A stretch of DNA of 64,000 nucleotides from Octopus sinensis (lineage: Eukaryota), in contig NC_043016.1 of the NCBI RefSeq assembly GCF_006345805.1, positions 1,426,001 through 1,490,000 of the forward strand, read 5' to 3'. Below, in pieces: positions 37,701 through 50,699 of this stretch (position 1 is the stretch's first letter; every line of letters begins with the position of its first letter). A program made the position numbers and the translations under genes. The notes below the pieces were generated by a model. It ran no database searches. It was not told the origin of the DNA and worked only from the letters and a program-made list of their open reading frames with translations.

Positions 37701-39438
37701 ATAATAATTAATAATAAATAATAATAATAATAATAATAATAATATTACAATAATAATAATAATAATAATAATTTGTAATATTACTAACTTTTATTGACTA
37801 TAAGGAACTCGCGTATACATACAAAGCCCTTTTTATAGAAACAATTTGTAAACAAATATATTGAGATGTACAGACCTCAATAAAACAGGTCAAAGAGGAA
37901 AATGTAAAAAAAACGATTACAATTTTAGACTACGGCACTGAACAAATTGATCATAGCTAAACTCACAACCATATGGTTGTGAAGCACACTTCTTACCACA
38001 CATTCACGTTTGGTACTATATTTGTAGCTTGCTAGATGTCAGGAAGAGAAATAAGAAAGAATAAAAAAATGTGATAAAAGCAGCACAGGCGGAGAAATGT
38101 TTTGTTCATCCGCGCCCCACAGAAATGACCGCGAATGGTCAGCGATACTCGCTGTAGCAGTGACTCCACCGGCCGAAATTCATTTCTCTGATGACTACTC
38201 AGTAATGATGCGATGACGTTGTCATGGTGAATGAACAGCGGCACTCATTGCAGCAACCACACCACATCGCAGGGCTCTTTTCTCAGCCTGCCCTACAGTA
38301 ATGACCGCGATGGCGTTGCGAGGAGAGTAACCAGTGACAATCGCTGCAGCAGCCACTCCACCTTCCGGGGCTCCTTTCTCCGACGGACCGACGTATCCCT
38401 ATTTTGCAGAGGAAATCTTTAGAACGGGGTGTCCTAGAAACATCTCGAAGTTGAGCAGCTTAACTTGATAGCCACCGGCCAAGCACCTGTATTCATTGAC
38501 CAGTTTTATACTTGGCCAAGATATGTTGGTATCAGCTACAGGATTTACTGGAGATCAAGATAAAATGTAAACATTATACCAATGGTAGTGGCAACTTTAG
38601 ATCACAGATAGAATCCGTATTTTTGCCATGTTGCGGCACAAGCTTCTCATATGTCTTAACTTTTTAAATTTTCTGTATTCATTTGTTCTTCTTTCCTTTT
38701 TAATTGTGTGAATGTTTACGTTTGTGAGTATATGTATATGTGTGTGCGAGTGTATATATGTGCATGCGTATATGTCTGTATATGGAAGAGTTATATATAT
38801 ATATATATATATAATATATTATATATTATATATATATATATATAATATATATGTACATATATATATGCATGTATGTATATACGTTTATGCGAGGAGTGTG
38901 AATGTATACCTGTATGTATATGTATATATGTACATCAAAATATAGGATAAAATTTTTCGAAAAAGATTCTATCAATTGCCAGCATATTAAAAAAATATCT
39001 TTAAAGATTAAATTTTTATAAACACCTTATAAACAAGGGCAAAAGAAAAAAAATCTAATGCCAAATATGCCGAAAAGAGACAAATCATCAATAACCATAT
39101 AATTTATCACTATAAGCACGCGTCTCGAAGTAAGCAGACTGAAATTCCTGAAAAATTCCGTTATTATCGTATCGGTCCCAATTTCAGAGTTAATTCATAA
39201 GAATTTTCTCCTTGTCAGCGATAAATACGGTAAGAAATAAATGAAAGTAAGTATTGCATTTGTTTCTTACCGTGTCATAGTTTTTCAAGAATAATAATAT
39301 ACCGTTTTAAGAATAATGAGTTTTCATCAGACAGATACATTTTCTTAAATTTCTTACAAAAATCTCAAATGAAAAATTTTATAATTGCTAAAGCTTTTTA
39401 AGAGTGAGATAAATATATAATCTAACTGAAATTCCGTA

Positions 39439-39510
39439 AATTCCTCTATGTAAATCTATTAGTATCTAGTTCTATAACCCATTTTGTTGCATAATACACA
39501 ATTCATATCG

Positions 39511-39544
<34 letters not shown>

Positions 39545-39614
39545 CGATATGAATTGTGTATATGCAACAAAATGGGTTATAAACTAGATACTAATAGATT
39601 TACATAGAGGAATT
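39439..39614. repeat. Near-perfect palindrome centred on (AT)n
   Basis: ~75-bp arms differing by two single-base indels. Confidence 0.92.
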
Positions 39615-39837
39615 ATATATATATATAATATATGTATATATATATACATATATATGGCACAGGAGTGGATGTGTGGTAAGAAGTTAAGAAGTTTACATTC
39701 CAGCCACATGGTTCCGGGTTCAGCCGTACTGCGAGGCACATTGGGAAAGTGTCTTCTATTATAGCCTCGGGACAACCAAAGCCTTGTGAGTGGAAACTTT
39801 GGTAGACGGGAACTGAAAGAACCCCGTCGTGTGTATA

Positions 39838-40197
39838 CAGAGAAATGGCTAAAGTTTGCCCTGTTTATGGTTATACAATATGTTACATATATATTATATC
39901 ATACCTTGATACTATGTGGACTAAGATGCCCGTTGACATCCCGCTGGTATTTACAGAGTGTTAAACAATTTCAGTAAGCAAATAAAGGAATCCTTTATAG
40001 ATTAACTTATGCATTTCTTGACTATATAAATAGTTTGGCTGTTTGTTTCTCTGGAGACTGTCAGTATGATGTAGACGCCTCCGATGAGAAGCCAATAACG
40101 TTCGAAAATACATTAAGGTTGGTAAATGTTTCTTCAGTTTGCAGAGAAATGGCTAAAATTGTCCCTGTTTATAATTATACGATATGTTACATATATA
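39838..40197 (+). mobile_element. 304-nt HHR-bearing unit with ~56-nt terminal direct repeat
   Basis: CAGAGAAATGGCTAAA...TATGTTACATATAT at 39838 and 40142. Confidence 0.65.
40077..40119 (+). ncRNA. Type I hammerhead-like motif, variant core
   Basis: GCCT-CCGATGA-GAA..TTC-GAAAATACATTA-AGGT; U4C core, UUA triplet. Confidence 0.45.
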
Positions 40198-40429
40198 TGT
40201 GTGTATGTATGTGTGTGTGTCTTTATGTGTTTGCCCTATCACCATCGCTTGACAACCGATGTTGGTGTGTTTACGTCGCCGTTATCTAGCGTTTCGGCTA
40301 AGATATCGATAAAATAAGTACTAGGCTTACAAAGAATAAGCCTTGCATTCGATTTGTTCGACTTAAAGGCGGTGCTCCAGCATAGCTGCAGTCAAATGAC
40401 TGACGCGAATAAAAGAATATATATATATA

Positions 40430-40795
40430 TATATTATATTAAATTAGAGACAAAAACCACTATTAGGCAAATCATACAATGAGTTCATTGTTTAAACCTC
40501 GCCAAGAGAAATATTTAAACCACCTGATGAATGACTGTGACTTGAAAATTTAAAGAAATTAACAGCCATGAAACGATCGTAGTGATATATTAATTATATT
40601 TTTTAATAATTTTGTTATATATTTAAATAATATAAATTAAATAATCTTATGTATTGGCTTACGTTTTTCATTGTATGATTTGCCTAATATTGGTTTTGTC
40701 TCTAATTTAATATAATATAATAGTTTACTATAAAATTGGATTCAATCCTAAATCTGATTTTTCCCTGTAAGTTTGGATTTATTCCCTAATATATA
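40430..40795 (+). mobile_element. PLE terminal (pLTR) fragment with internal inversion
   Basis: 40430-40490 is inverted at 40660-40720; contains an HHR; ends TTTTCCCTGTAAGTTTG like 57595. Confidence 0.65.
40521..40584 (+). ncRNA. Minimal type I hammerhead ribozyme
   Basis: CAC-CTGATGA-ATGACTGT/ACAGCCAT-GAAAC-GATC-GTA-GTG; palindromic stem III ACGATCGT. Confidence 0.8.
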
Positions 40796-40800
40796 TTATT

Positions 40801-40843
<43 letters not shown>

Positions 40844-40844
40844 A

Positions 40845-41817
40845 ATCCTTAAATCCTTAAAAATGTTTTAGCCCGAAGGCCGCGGCCATGCTGGGGCACC
40901 ACCGCTGAATGAGCCACACTAGTTTGTGAATCCACCTCTGATACGTGGCACTTGATCAACAAGGGAGTTCGATGCTGCTGCCCGCATCCGTGTCTCCTGT
41001 CGTGAGGTAGGTTCATCTGGGACTCCCAACAAGAAGAGATCCAGTTTAGTTTTAAAGAAACCCAAATCCACACCATGTAAGTCTCTCAGGCATTTAGGGA
41101 GGATGTTGAAAAGCTGTGGTCCTCTGAAACCCAAGCTGTTGCAGTATCTGGACCTGTATTTTGATGGTGATGTTGGGAATCCTTGGCACCACGCAGCGGC
41201 GCCCCGTTCTGCGGTTGGAGTAACTTTGAATGCCAAAGGTTGGGATAAGACCCTCCAGGATTTTCAGATGTATATTACTGCATATCTCTCCCGCCTCCGC
41301 TCCAGGGAGAAGAGGTTTAATACCTTCAGTCTTTCCCAGTAGCTGACATTTTGCATTGAGACGATTTTCTTGTGTAGCTTCTCTGAGTTGCTTCGAGTTC
41401 TGCTGTTTGTTTTATATTGTGTGGTGACCAAAGTTGGGAGCAGTAGTCCAAGCGGCTGAGGACAAATGTTTTCCATAGGACCATCAGTGTCTCCTTCTCT
41501 CTTGTTCTGAAAGTTCGGAGAATCCATCCAGCTAGCCGTCTGCATTTTATCACCAGATTAGCAATATGCATTTGGAAAGATGCATCATTGCTCATGTCAA
41601 TGCCCAGGTCACGCACTGATTTTGACTCAGGGATTGGCAATTTTCCTGGGCCAGTGTATCCAGTCTTCACGTCATTTACCTTTGTGTGCCAGTAGCGCAG
41701 GGCCTGGAACTTACCTGCATTAAACTGCATGTTGTTGTCCTCTCAGCCACCTGTATATTGTGTCCAGCTCATGTTGCAGATGCGCAATATTTCAGGGTTC
41801 TGTATTGCGTGGGAGAC
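40845..41817 (-). mobile_element. 5'-truncated CR1-group LINE (family 2)
   Basis: RDLGIDMS, LSRLDYCSQLWSPH and SLERRRERY; TTTAAGGA-repeat tail. Confidence 0.9.
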
Positions 41818-41863
<46 letters not shown>

Positions 41864-41967
41864 TAAGCAATAAAGGGTTTAGCAACGAATTGCCTTACCA
41901 CATACGAATTTAGAAATAGCAGTCAAAGAGTTATAGCTATTTCTTCTACATATATATATATATATTA

Positions 41968-42063
<96 letters not shown>

Positions 42064-42243
42064 TATATATATATAGATATATAATACAGATCCATGTGTA
42101 GAAGATGTTTATAAGCCATTTAAGAACACACAAAACACCGTTAGATTAAACTGAACATTATAATAATTTGTGTCAAACTATTTTCGTCGCTTTGAAATTG
42201 CGTTATTCACTGAAAAAACTGAGAAAGTAACAGTTACTTCATG

Positions 42244-42303
<60 letters not shown>

Positions 42304-42599
42304 TCTTATGTGTGTAAGTATGTATGGATGTATGTATCTATGTATTATGTGTGCATGTACGCATTACGTATGCGTATGTGTACATGAGTATGCATGCGAC
42401 TACACCTATATGCATGTGTGTATGTATGTATGTATGTGAGAATTAGGTGTGGAGTAACGTGCCTGCGTATGTGTATATGTGTATGTACATATAACCTACG
42501 TTTATGTACTGATAGTGTGTTTGTTCCGGTGTAGATATGACTGTTACTCGTCGGAGGTTGTAGTATACGTTTCTCTCACCAACAAACACACACATATAT

Positions 42600-42645
<46 letters not shown>

Positions 42646-42655
42646 TATCTATATA

Positions 42656-42694
<39 letters not shown>

Positions 42695-42770
42695 TATCTA
42701 TGTATAGTATATATTATATTTATATATCTATATATATATATAATATATATATCTAATACTATATATATAT

Positions 42771-42802
<32 letters not shown>

Positions 42803-42855
42803 ATTATATATATATAATATATATATACTATTAAAGCAGCAGAAATTCAACAAAT

Positions 42856-42892
42856 ATGTTACTCTGAGTTTCTCGTGTCGTTCATCAGACAG
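42856..42892 (-). ncRNA. Minimal type I hammerhead (left arm)
   Basis: TGT-CTGATGA-ACGACACGA-GAAAC-TCAGA-GTA-ACA. Confidence 0.65.
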
Positions 42893-44575
42893 TTTTTGCT
42901 AGATGGAACGATATATCAATTCAATCCATAATCTTACAAACGCTTACACCTTAAGAAAATGGACTTGTTTGATTGGCCCTTTAGAAATAACGGTCAATCT
43001 TCGAGCGATAAACAAAAAATGAGCTCAAAAATATATGTATATATAAAAAAATTAAAAAATTGTAAAATTCGAGGAAAAAACCTTACATTGAATAAAATAC
43101 ATATTGACGTTAATGAAGGAAATATAATTAATGCTTGGAAAATAAAAGCATTATAATATTACACTGCAATACATATTCATATTAAAGTGTACATATATAT
43201 ATCAACATACACAGAAGGATGCGTGCAAACGCAAACATATACAGACGTATAAATATAAATCTAAAAATACCACAATGCATGCATACATATGTACGCAAAT
43301 ATCTCGCACGCAAGTTAAAATATCGATGCTAATGTAACGTTTCTTATTTACGGAGTAAAGCTTAAGTAAGGGGACGTAAAGTTGTATGTACCACTTTACT
43401 CGTTAGAGAAAACGAAAGAAAGAAGAGAGAGAAAAGGAACGAAGAAGGGGGAGGAGAAAAGAAAAAGGAGGGTTAGGAAAAAACGAAATAAGAAAAATTA
43501 TGTATACAGCTGTGTAACGCGTTATTGACTATATGGTGACACGTATACAAATACACAAGTTCGAACGGATACATACACATACAGTCGTGTATGTGTGTGC
43601 TTAAGCACAAACATACGCCTCACTTACACATACACAGAGACGCATGCTTACAAATACAATCCATGGCTATACACATATTTATATAAAAATTCTAATTTTT
43701 GACAACATTGCTTTTTTTAAAAAAAAGGTGAGTGCAATAATGAAAAAATATACGAAACATATAAATATAACACCCTATTTTTGGATCATCTATAAATTAA
43801 AAATCAAGGTAATCCTATACAATACAATAACATGAAATAAACAAAGCCGAAGGTTTTCCTAATGTATATGTAGAAATAAACAAAATAAACAAAATATATG
43901 CATGAGACTTTGCTATACGGAATGAAATCTGCATAGCGCGAAACAAATCCATCGTCGCGTTTACATACTAGTCCAAGAGTCAAAATCAAAATTTCAAAAA
44001 TCAAAATACAAAATATATACTCTATCCATATGGTATATTTATTATTGACATTTTAAATTTGGTTGCGTGTTCTACATAAGTTCATTAGCTCATTTCTTTG
44101 GTTCAAAGAATTATTGTCTTTGAATAAAATATAACAGTTTCTCTAATAGGCAAAGCTTGCATTAAATTTATTCTTTGTGCCTCATGCTGTATGGTGCCGC
44201 TCTGTCCAGAATGTTCCATGTCAGTTGAAGGTGGGGTTCCTTTTCTTTAGTTCCCAGACATATTTTGTAGGCTGGTCCTCTTCCTATTCTCTGGGTATCT
44301 AAATGAATTTTTATGTGAAATAAAATCGTGTTTAAATGAATTTTCTGAAGCCCCTGTATATGTCTTGTATTCTGATGAGCCTTCTATTTGAACCTTGGCT
44401 CTATAAACTACTCCTTTCACTAGACATTCCCTTCTAACGGACAGGAGTTTTCGTTTTGAAATTGCATTTCTAATGGGCTCGGCACCATGTCTATCTCAAT
44501 CAGATCCTATTATGCTGGCTAATGTAAGAGGCGAAATTTCTGCAACAAGAATAGCTAACCTTCAGGTTCTTCTAT

Positions 44576-46426
44576 ATGAGAGAAAACATTAAGGAGATTA
44601 ACAACTCGAATAAGATCTTCGTTAATTCTGATAAGACAAGGAACTTACATGCACTTGATAAGGATGTTTATAAGCGCCTGATTTCGAATAGTGTCACAGA
44701 TACTTACGAAAAAGATAACACATATATATACAAAGAGGTGAACTTAGAACAAGAGGAATAGCTAACGATCTTATGATTAGCGATAGGATTGAATATCTTT
44801 TACCACGACCAGCTTTTATTACTCTAAAAGACCATAAAGCCAATTTTAATAGAAACCCCAAATGTAGATTGATAAATCCGGCTAAAACTGAGATAGGAAT
44901 TATTAGCAAAAATATTTTGGACCGTATTTTAGCTAAGTTAGATAGTGAAGTAGACTTGAGAATTTGGAAGAATAGTAAGTCAGTCATAGAGTGGTTTAAA
45001 GGTATTAGCTATAAGAATAATTGTAGTTTCACACAATTCGATATTATTGACTTGTACCCGTCAATATCTAGGACGTTGCTCCTAAGGGCATTGGACTTCG
45101 CCTAGCAGTATGTCAGCATCGATAGCTCGGAAATTGATATTATTATGCATGCGAGGAAGTCGCTTCTTTTTTTCGAGGATTCCACCTGGATTAAGAAGAC
45201 TGAGGATTCTCTTTTCGATGTACCGATTGGGGCGTACGACGGGGCTGAGTTATGTATGCTCATAGGAGCCTTTATTCTCCACAATCTAAAAATAGAATTC
45301 CCATTTATAGCTGCAGGTTTATATAGGGATGACGGCCTTATAGCCACGCATAATTTAAACGGCCATGAATCAGATAGACTTAGGAAGGACCTTATTGCTT
45401 TCTTTCAAAGGATGGGCTTACGGGTTACAATAGATGCTAACCTGAATAGTGTAGATTTTTTAGACGTAAATTTTAATGTAAGGTCGAATAGATTTAAACC
45501 TTTCCGAAAGCCCAATGAAAAGCTATCGTATATTAGCAAAGATTCGAACCATCCACCAGTTATCCTTAGGAACTTAGTCAGCAATGTAGATAGAAAAATA
45601 TCTTCAATTTCTTCGGACGAGGCAGCACTCCATAATGCTGCACCTTATTACGATAGCGCATTAAATAATATTGGATTCTCTGAGAAGATCCAATACAGCC
45701 AGCTTAATGCTGATAATAATGCTGCACGAAGAACTAGGACCAGGAAAGTTTTGTGGTTCAACCCGGCTTTCAATTTGGCCGTAAAGACTAATATAGGTAA
45801 GGAATTTTTGAGATTAGTCTCTAAGCATTTTAAGCAGGGCCATAAATTCTATAGGGTATTTAATAGAAGAATCCTGAAGGTTAGCTATTCTTGTTGCAGA
45901 AATTTCGCCTCTTACATTAGCCAGCATAATAGGAATCTGATTGAGATTAGACATGGTGCCGAGCCCATTAAGAAATGCAATTTCAAAAACGAAAACTCCT
46001 GTCCGTTAGAAGGGAATGTCTAGTGAAAGGAGTAGTTTATAGAGCCAAGGTGCAAATAGAAGGCTCATCGGAATACAAGACTATACAGGGGCTTCAGAAA
46101 ATTCATTTAAAATACGATTTTATTCACATAAAAATTCATTTAGATACCCAGAGAACAGGAAGAGGACCAGCCTAGCAAAATATGTCTGGGAACTAAAAGA
46201 AAAGGAAACCCCACCTTTCAACGTGACATGGAGCATTCTGGACAGAGCGGCACCATACAGGCATGGAGCACAAAGAAATAATTTTAAATGCAAGCTTTGC
46301 CTATTAGAGAAACTGTATATTTTATTCAAAGACAATAATTCTTTGAATCAAAGAAGTGAGCTAATGAACTTATGTAGACACGCAACCAAATTTAAAATGT
46401 CAAATATAAATATACCATATGGATAG
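44576..46426 (+). pseudogene. PLE RT + GIY-YIG endonuclease, disrupted
   Basis: ITLKDHKANF..CRLINPAK, FDIIDLYPSI, FDVPIGAYDGAELC, LYRDD, VVYRAKV..KTYTG and CKLCLLEK; one stop (~45105) and frameshifts near 46020-46085. Confidence 0.9.
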
Positions 46427-47589
46427 AGTATATATTTTGTATTTTTGATTTTTGAAATTTTGATTTTGACTCTTGGATTAGTATGTAAACGCAACGATGG
46501 ATTTATTTCGCGCTATGCAGATTTCATTCCGTATAGCAAAGTCTCATGCATATATTTTGTTTATTTTGTTTATATTTCTACATATACATTAGGAAAAACC
46601 TTCGGCTTTGTTTATTTCATGTTATTGTATTGTATAGGATTACCTTGATTTTTAATTTATAGATGATCCAAAATAGGGTGTTATATTTTATATGTCTTTC
46701 GTATATTTTTCATTATTGCACTCACCTTTTTTTAAAAAAAAGCAATGTTGTCAAAAATTAGAATTTTGATGTAAATATGTGTATAGCCATGGATATGTAT
46801 TTGTAAGCATGCGTCTCTGTGTATGTGTAAGTGAGCGTATGTTTGTGCTTAAGCACACACATACACGACTGTATGTGTATGTATCCATTCGAACTTGTGT
46901 ATTTGTATACTTGTCGCCATATATGTCAATAACGCGGTTACACAGCTTGTATACATAATTTTTCTTATTTCGTTTTTTTCCTAACCCCTCCTTTTTCTTT
47001 TCTCCTTCCCCCTTCTTCGTTCCTTTTTCTCTCTCTTCCTTTCTTTCGTTTTCTCTAACTGATACTGGTACATACAACTTTACGTCCCCCTTACTTAAGT
47101 TTTACTCCGTAAATAAGAAACGCTACATTAGCATCGATAATTTTAACTTGCGTGCGAGATAGATTGCGTACATATATGTATGCATGCATTTCTGTGTATA
47201 TTGTAGATTTATATTTATACGTCTGTATATGTATGGCGTCTGCACGCATCCTTCTGTGTATGTTGATATATATATATGTACACTTTAATATGAATATGTA
47301 TTGCAGTGTAATATATATAATGCGTTTAATTTCCATGCATTAATTATATTTCCTTCATTAACGTCAGTATGTATTTTATTCAATGTAAGGTTTTTTCCTC
47401 GAATTTTATAATTTTTATAATTGTTTTATATATATATATACATATATTTTTGAGCTCATTTTTTTGTTTATCGCTCTAAGATTGACCGTTATTTCTAAAG
47501 GGCCAATCAAACAAGTCCATTTTTTTTAAAGATGTAGTGTTTGTAAGAGTCTGGATTGAATTGATATATCGGTTCCATTCTAGCAAAAA

Positions 47590-47627
47590 CTGTCTGATGA
47601 ACGACAACGAGAAACTCAGAGTAGCAG
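47590..47627 (+). ncRNA. Minimal type I hammerhead (PLE 3' end)
   Basis: CTGT-CTGATGA-ACGACAACGA-GAAAC-TCAGA-GTA-GCAG. Confidence 0.7.
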
Positions 47628-47786
47628 ATTTTGTTGAATTTTCTGCTGCTTTAAATAAAGCATATTACTCTACCACTGGTATTTGAGTACTCTTTTTTCC
47701 ATCTTGTCTCACATTTATGTGTTTACTCTGGTATATATATATATATTATATATATATAATATATATATAATATATATATATCAGAT

Positions 47787-48805
47787 ATGCCCTCAGTTGC
47801 TAAGATGGCACCCTTGCTACCTATGCAGATGACACAAAAGTCTCCCACACAAATACAAAACGCTGGAAATATTCTACATCTGCCACAGGAGTTGGACACA
47901 ATATACAGGTGGGCTGTGGACGACAACATCCTGTTTAATGCAGGTAAGTTACAGGCCCTGCGCTACCGGCACACAGAGGTAAACGACATGCAGACTGGAT
48001 ACCCTGGCCCAGGAAGAATTGCAATCCCTGAGTCAAAATCAGTGCGTGACCTGGGCATTGACATGAGCAATGATGCATCTTTCCAAGTGCATATTACTAA
48101 TTTGGTGATAAAATGCAGATGGCTAGCTGGATGGATTCTCCGAAATTTCAGAACAAGACAGGTGACACTGATGGTCCTGTGGAAAACTTTCGTCCTCAGC
48201 CGCTTGGACAACTGTTCCCAACTATGGTCACCACACAATATAAAGCTAACAGTAGAACTCGAAGCCATTCAAAGAAGCTACACAAAGAAGATCGTCTCAA
48301 TGCAAAATATCAGCTACTGGGAAAGACTGAAAGTATTAAAACTCTTCTCCCTAGAGTGAAGGCGGGAGAGATATGTGGTGATATACATCTGGAAAATCCT
48401 GGAGGGTCTTGTCCCAAACTTTGGCATTCAAAGTTACCCCAACCGCAGAACGGGGCGCCACTGCATGGTGCCAAAGATTCCAAAATCACCATCAAAATAT
48501 AGGACCAGATACTTCAACAGCTTGGGTTTCAGAGGACCACAGCTCTTCAACATCCTCCCTAAATGCCTGAGAGACTTGCATTGTGTGTATGTTTCTTTAA
48601 ATCTAAATTGGATCTCTTCTTGTCGGGGGTCCCAGATGAACCTACCTCACGGCAGGAAACACAGATGCAGGCAGCGGCATCGAACTCCCTTGTTGACCCA
48701 GTGCCACGTATCAGAGTGGATTCACATATTAGTGTAGCTCATTCAACGGTGTTGCCCCAGCATGGCCACAGATTTCGGGCTGAAACATTTTAAAGGATTT
48801 TTAAG
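47787..48805 (+). mobile_element. 5'-truncated CR1-group LINE (family 2)
   Basis: YADDTK (frameshifted), RDLGIDMS and LSRLDNCSQLWSPH; same family as 40845-41817. Confidence 0.9.
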
Positions 48806-48849
48806 GATCATGATAATATATATATATATATATATAATATATATATATT

Positions 48850-50650
48850 TATTAATTAGAGATAAAACTACTATTAGGCAAATCAAACAGTAAAAATAAT
48901 AAGGCAATACATAGAAATAAAATCAATTACAAAAATATAAAAAATATAAAATATAAAATATAAAAATCCAATTAAAATATTTAAATTAAAGTTAAAATTT
49001 AAAAAAATTATTTAAATTAATAACTTAGACTTATAAATTTTAAATACATATATATATATATATTTATTATTATTTTATTTATTTATTTATTAATATTTTT
49101 TTAAAACTATCAAAATGTATTAAAAGTTTAATATAAGATAAAGAGTATAAACACTACGATCGTTTCGTGCCCGTAACCAATTCGAATAATAATAATAATA
49201 ATTTAAATTCAATTAATAATTCGAATTATGGTTACAGTCAATCTTCAGATTAATTGTAATATTTTAATAAATAATCAGAAATATTTAAACAATATTTTTT
49301 AAGAAATAAATAATATAATATATTTTCTTATAAAAACTCTATTATCAAACTAGAAACTTAACGATCATGATTATGTCAAAACAACGATTATAATGTTAAA
49401 TATTAATTTTAATTTTTAAGTATTAATTTTTAAGGTAAGAAACCCACCAATAATCTAATATCAATAATAGTCAATATCTAATTACATAAATATTTTACAA
49501 AAAATGACATTCATATTATTAAAATATAAAATTTAAATAATATATAAATTATCAATGGAAATATATAAATGTATATAAAAATATATAATTAAGATCTAAA
49601 ATAATCTCTATAAATAAATATATAAACATATAATAAAGACCTAATAAATTAATTTTTCATATTTAAAGATGAATAGCTAATTTCAAAATACAAATAAACA
49701 ATCTTAAACGAACGCTATAGCAAATTACTATCTTTATATCTCGTTGGCTAAATAATAACTTTCAAATTCTTATATTTAAAAACTTAAAGAAATAATCAAT
49801 TCGTAGTTATATTATATCAAATAAATACTATAAAATATTTATCAATGGGAATATAATAAAGCTAGCAAATAACAATTAAAAGGACAATATATAAGTTAAA
49901 ATAATAATTATATAAAATTTAAAACTACAATTAATGCTATTAATACATGTATATACATGAATCTAACTTAAAACAACTCGTATACTTACTATCAAACAAC
50001 ATATATATCGCTAAGTAAGTTCTTACGAATAGACTTAAAGTTAATATCTAATAATTATATAGAAAATTATGATAATTAGCTAAACAATGATATTTACATA
50101 AACAAACAATAATATAATACCATACGACTTATAAAATATGAAAATTTAAAATTTAAAGATCTTAAATATAAATAAATACTTAGCTTAGCGAGGTTTTGCG
50201 ATGTACTAAAATTTTGAATCGGAAAACGTCTTTACAGCGTTTATAAGAATACTCGTGGAATTACGTTATTAGCAACAAAAGAATAAATTGTTGAAGAATT
50301 CATTAAGCGTGAGGAACAAATACGCTTTATCAATGAAGATTGTGAATGGGAACAGTTGTGGTTTATCAATAAATGTAAATAGAATGAAATCACAATGAAG
50401 AATAGAATCACTCTATACTATAAGATTTATTAATAAATAACTATCATAAATAATACTTACAGAATAGATTAAATAATTAAAAACCACTAATTATTATATA
50501 TACTCTAAAAATCTTATAAGATTAATAAATATATAAAAAGTTATTATAGTAACCCCTCAACGTACTATTAAATTCTTTCCCAAATACTCTTATAATTAAA
50601 GCTAAAACTAGTGATCATAACCAAAATCTCTAAAATACTTATCAAGATTT
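48850..50650 (-). mobile_element. Extremely AT-rich decayed region beginning with a PLE pLTR
   Basis: ATTAGAGATAAAACTACTATTAGGCAAATC matches 40443; HHR at 49152-49251; the remainder is unrecognisable. Confidence 0.45.
49152..49251 (-). ncRNA. Type I hammerhead with long stem II, stem I decayed
   Basis: CTGAAGA-..GTAACCA..AATTCGAAT/ATTCGAATT..TGGTTAC..-GAAAC-GATC-GTA-GTG. Confidence 0.6.
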
Positions 50651-50699
50651 GACGTATAACTATACAGGCGTATACATATATATATATAAATATACATAC

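Larger units (their letters stand above)
39665..40420 (+). mobile_element. tRNA-derived SINE interrupted by the 39838-40197 insert
   Basis: Head GTGGTAAGAAG..GGTTCCGGGTTCAG (39.67-39.83 kb); 3' half CGCTTGACAACCGATGTTGG...AAGGCGGTGCTCCAGCAT (40.2-40.42 kb). Confidence 0.75.
42830..47660 (+). mobile_element. Naiad-type PLE with ~1.75-kb inverted arms (42830-44577 vs 45864-47660)
   Basis: The left arm is the reverse complement of the element's 3' part, including the endonuclease, 3' UTR and HHR. Confidence 0.92.

Noticed and set aside
38188-38230. CTGATGA hammerhead candidate
   Set aside because: No downstream GAAA or stem III.
39318-39334. CTGTCTGATGAAAACTC (minus strand), resembling the PLE HHR at 47590
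   Set aside because: Stem II and the cleavage side are missing; at most a collapsed remnant.
44576-46426. Selenoprotein-type Naiad element
   Set aside because: Conserved Cys positions I could read are TGT/TGC, the one stop seen is TAG, and no SECIS was recognised.
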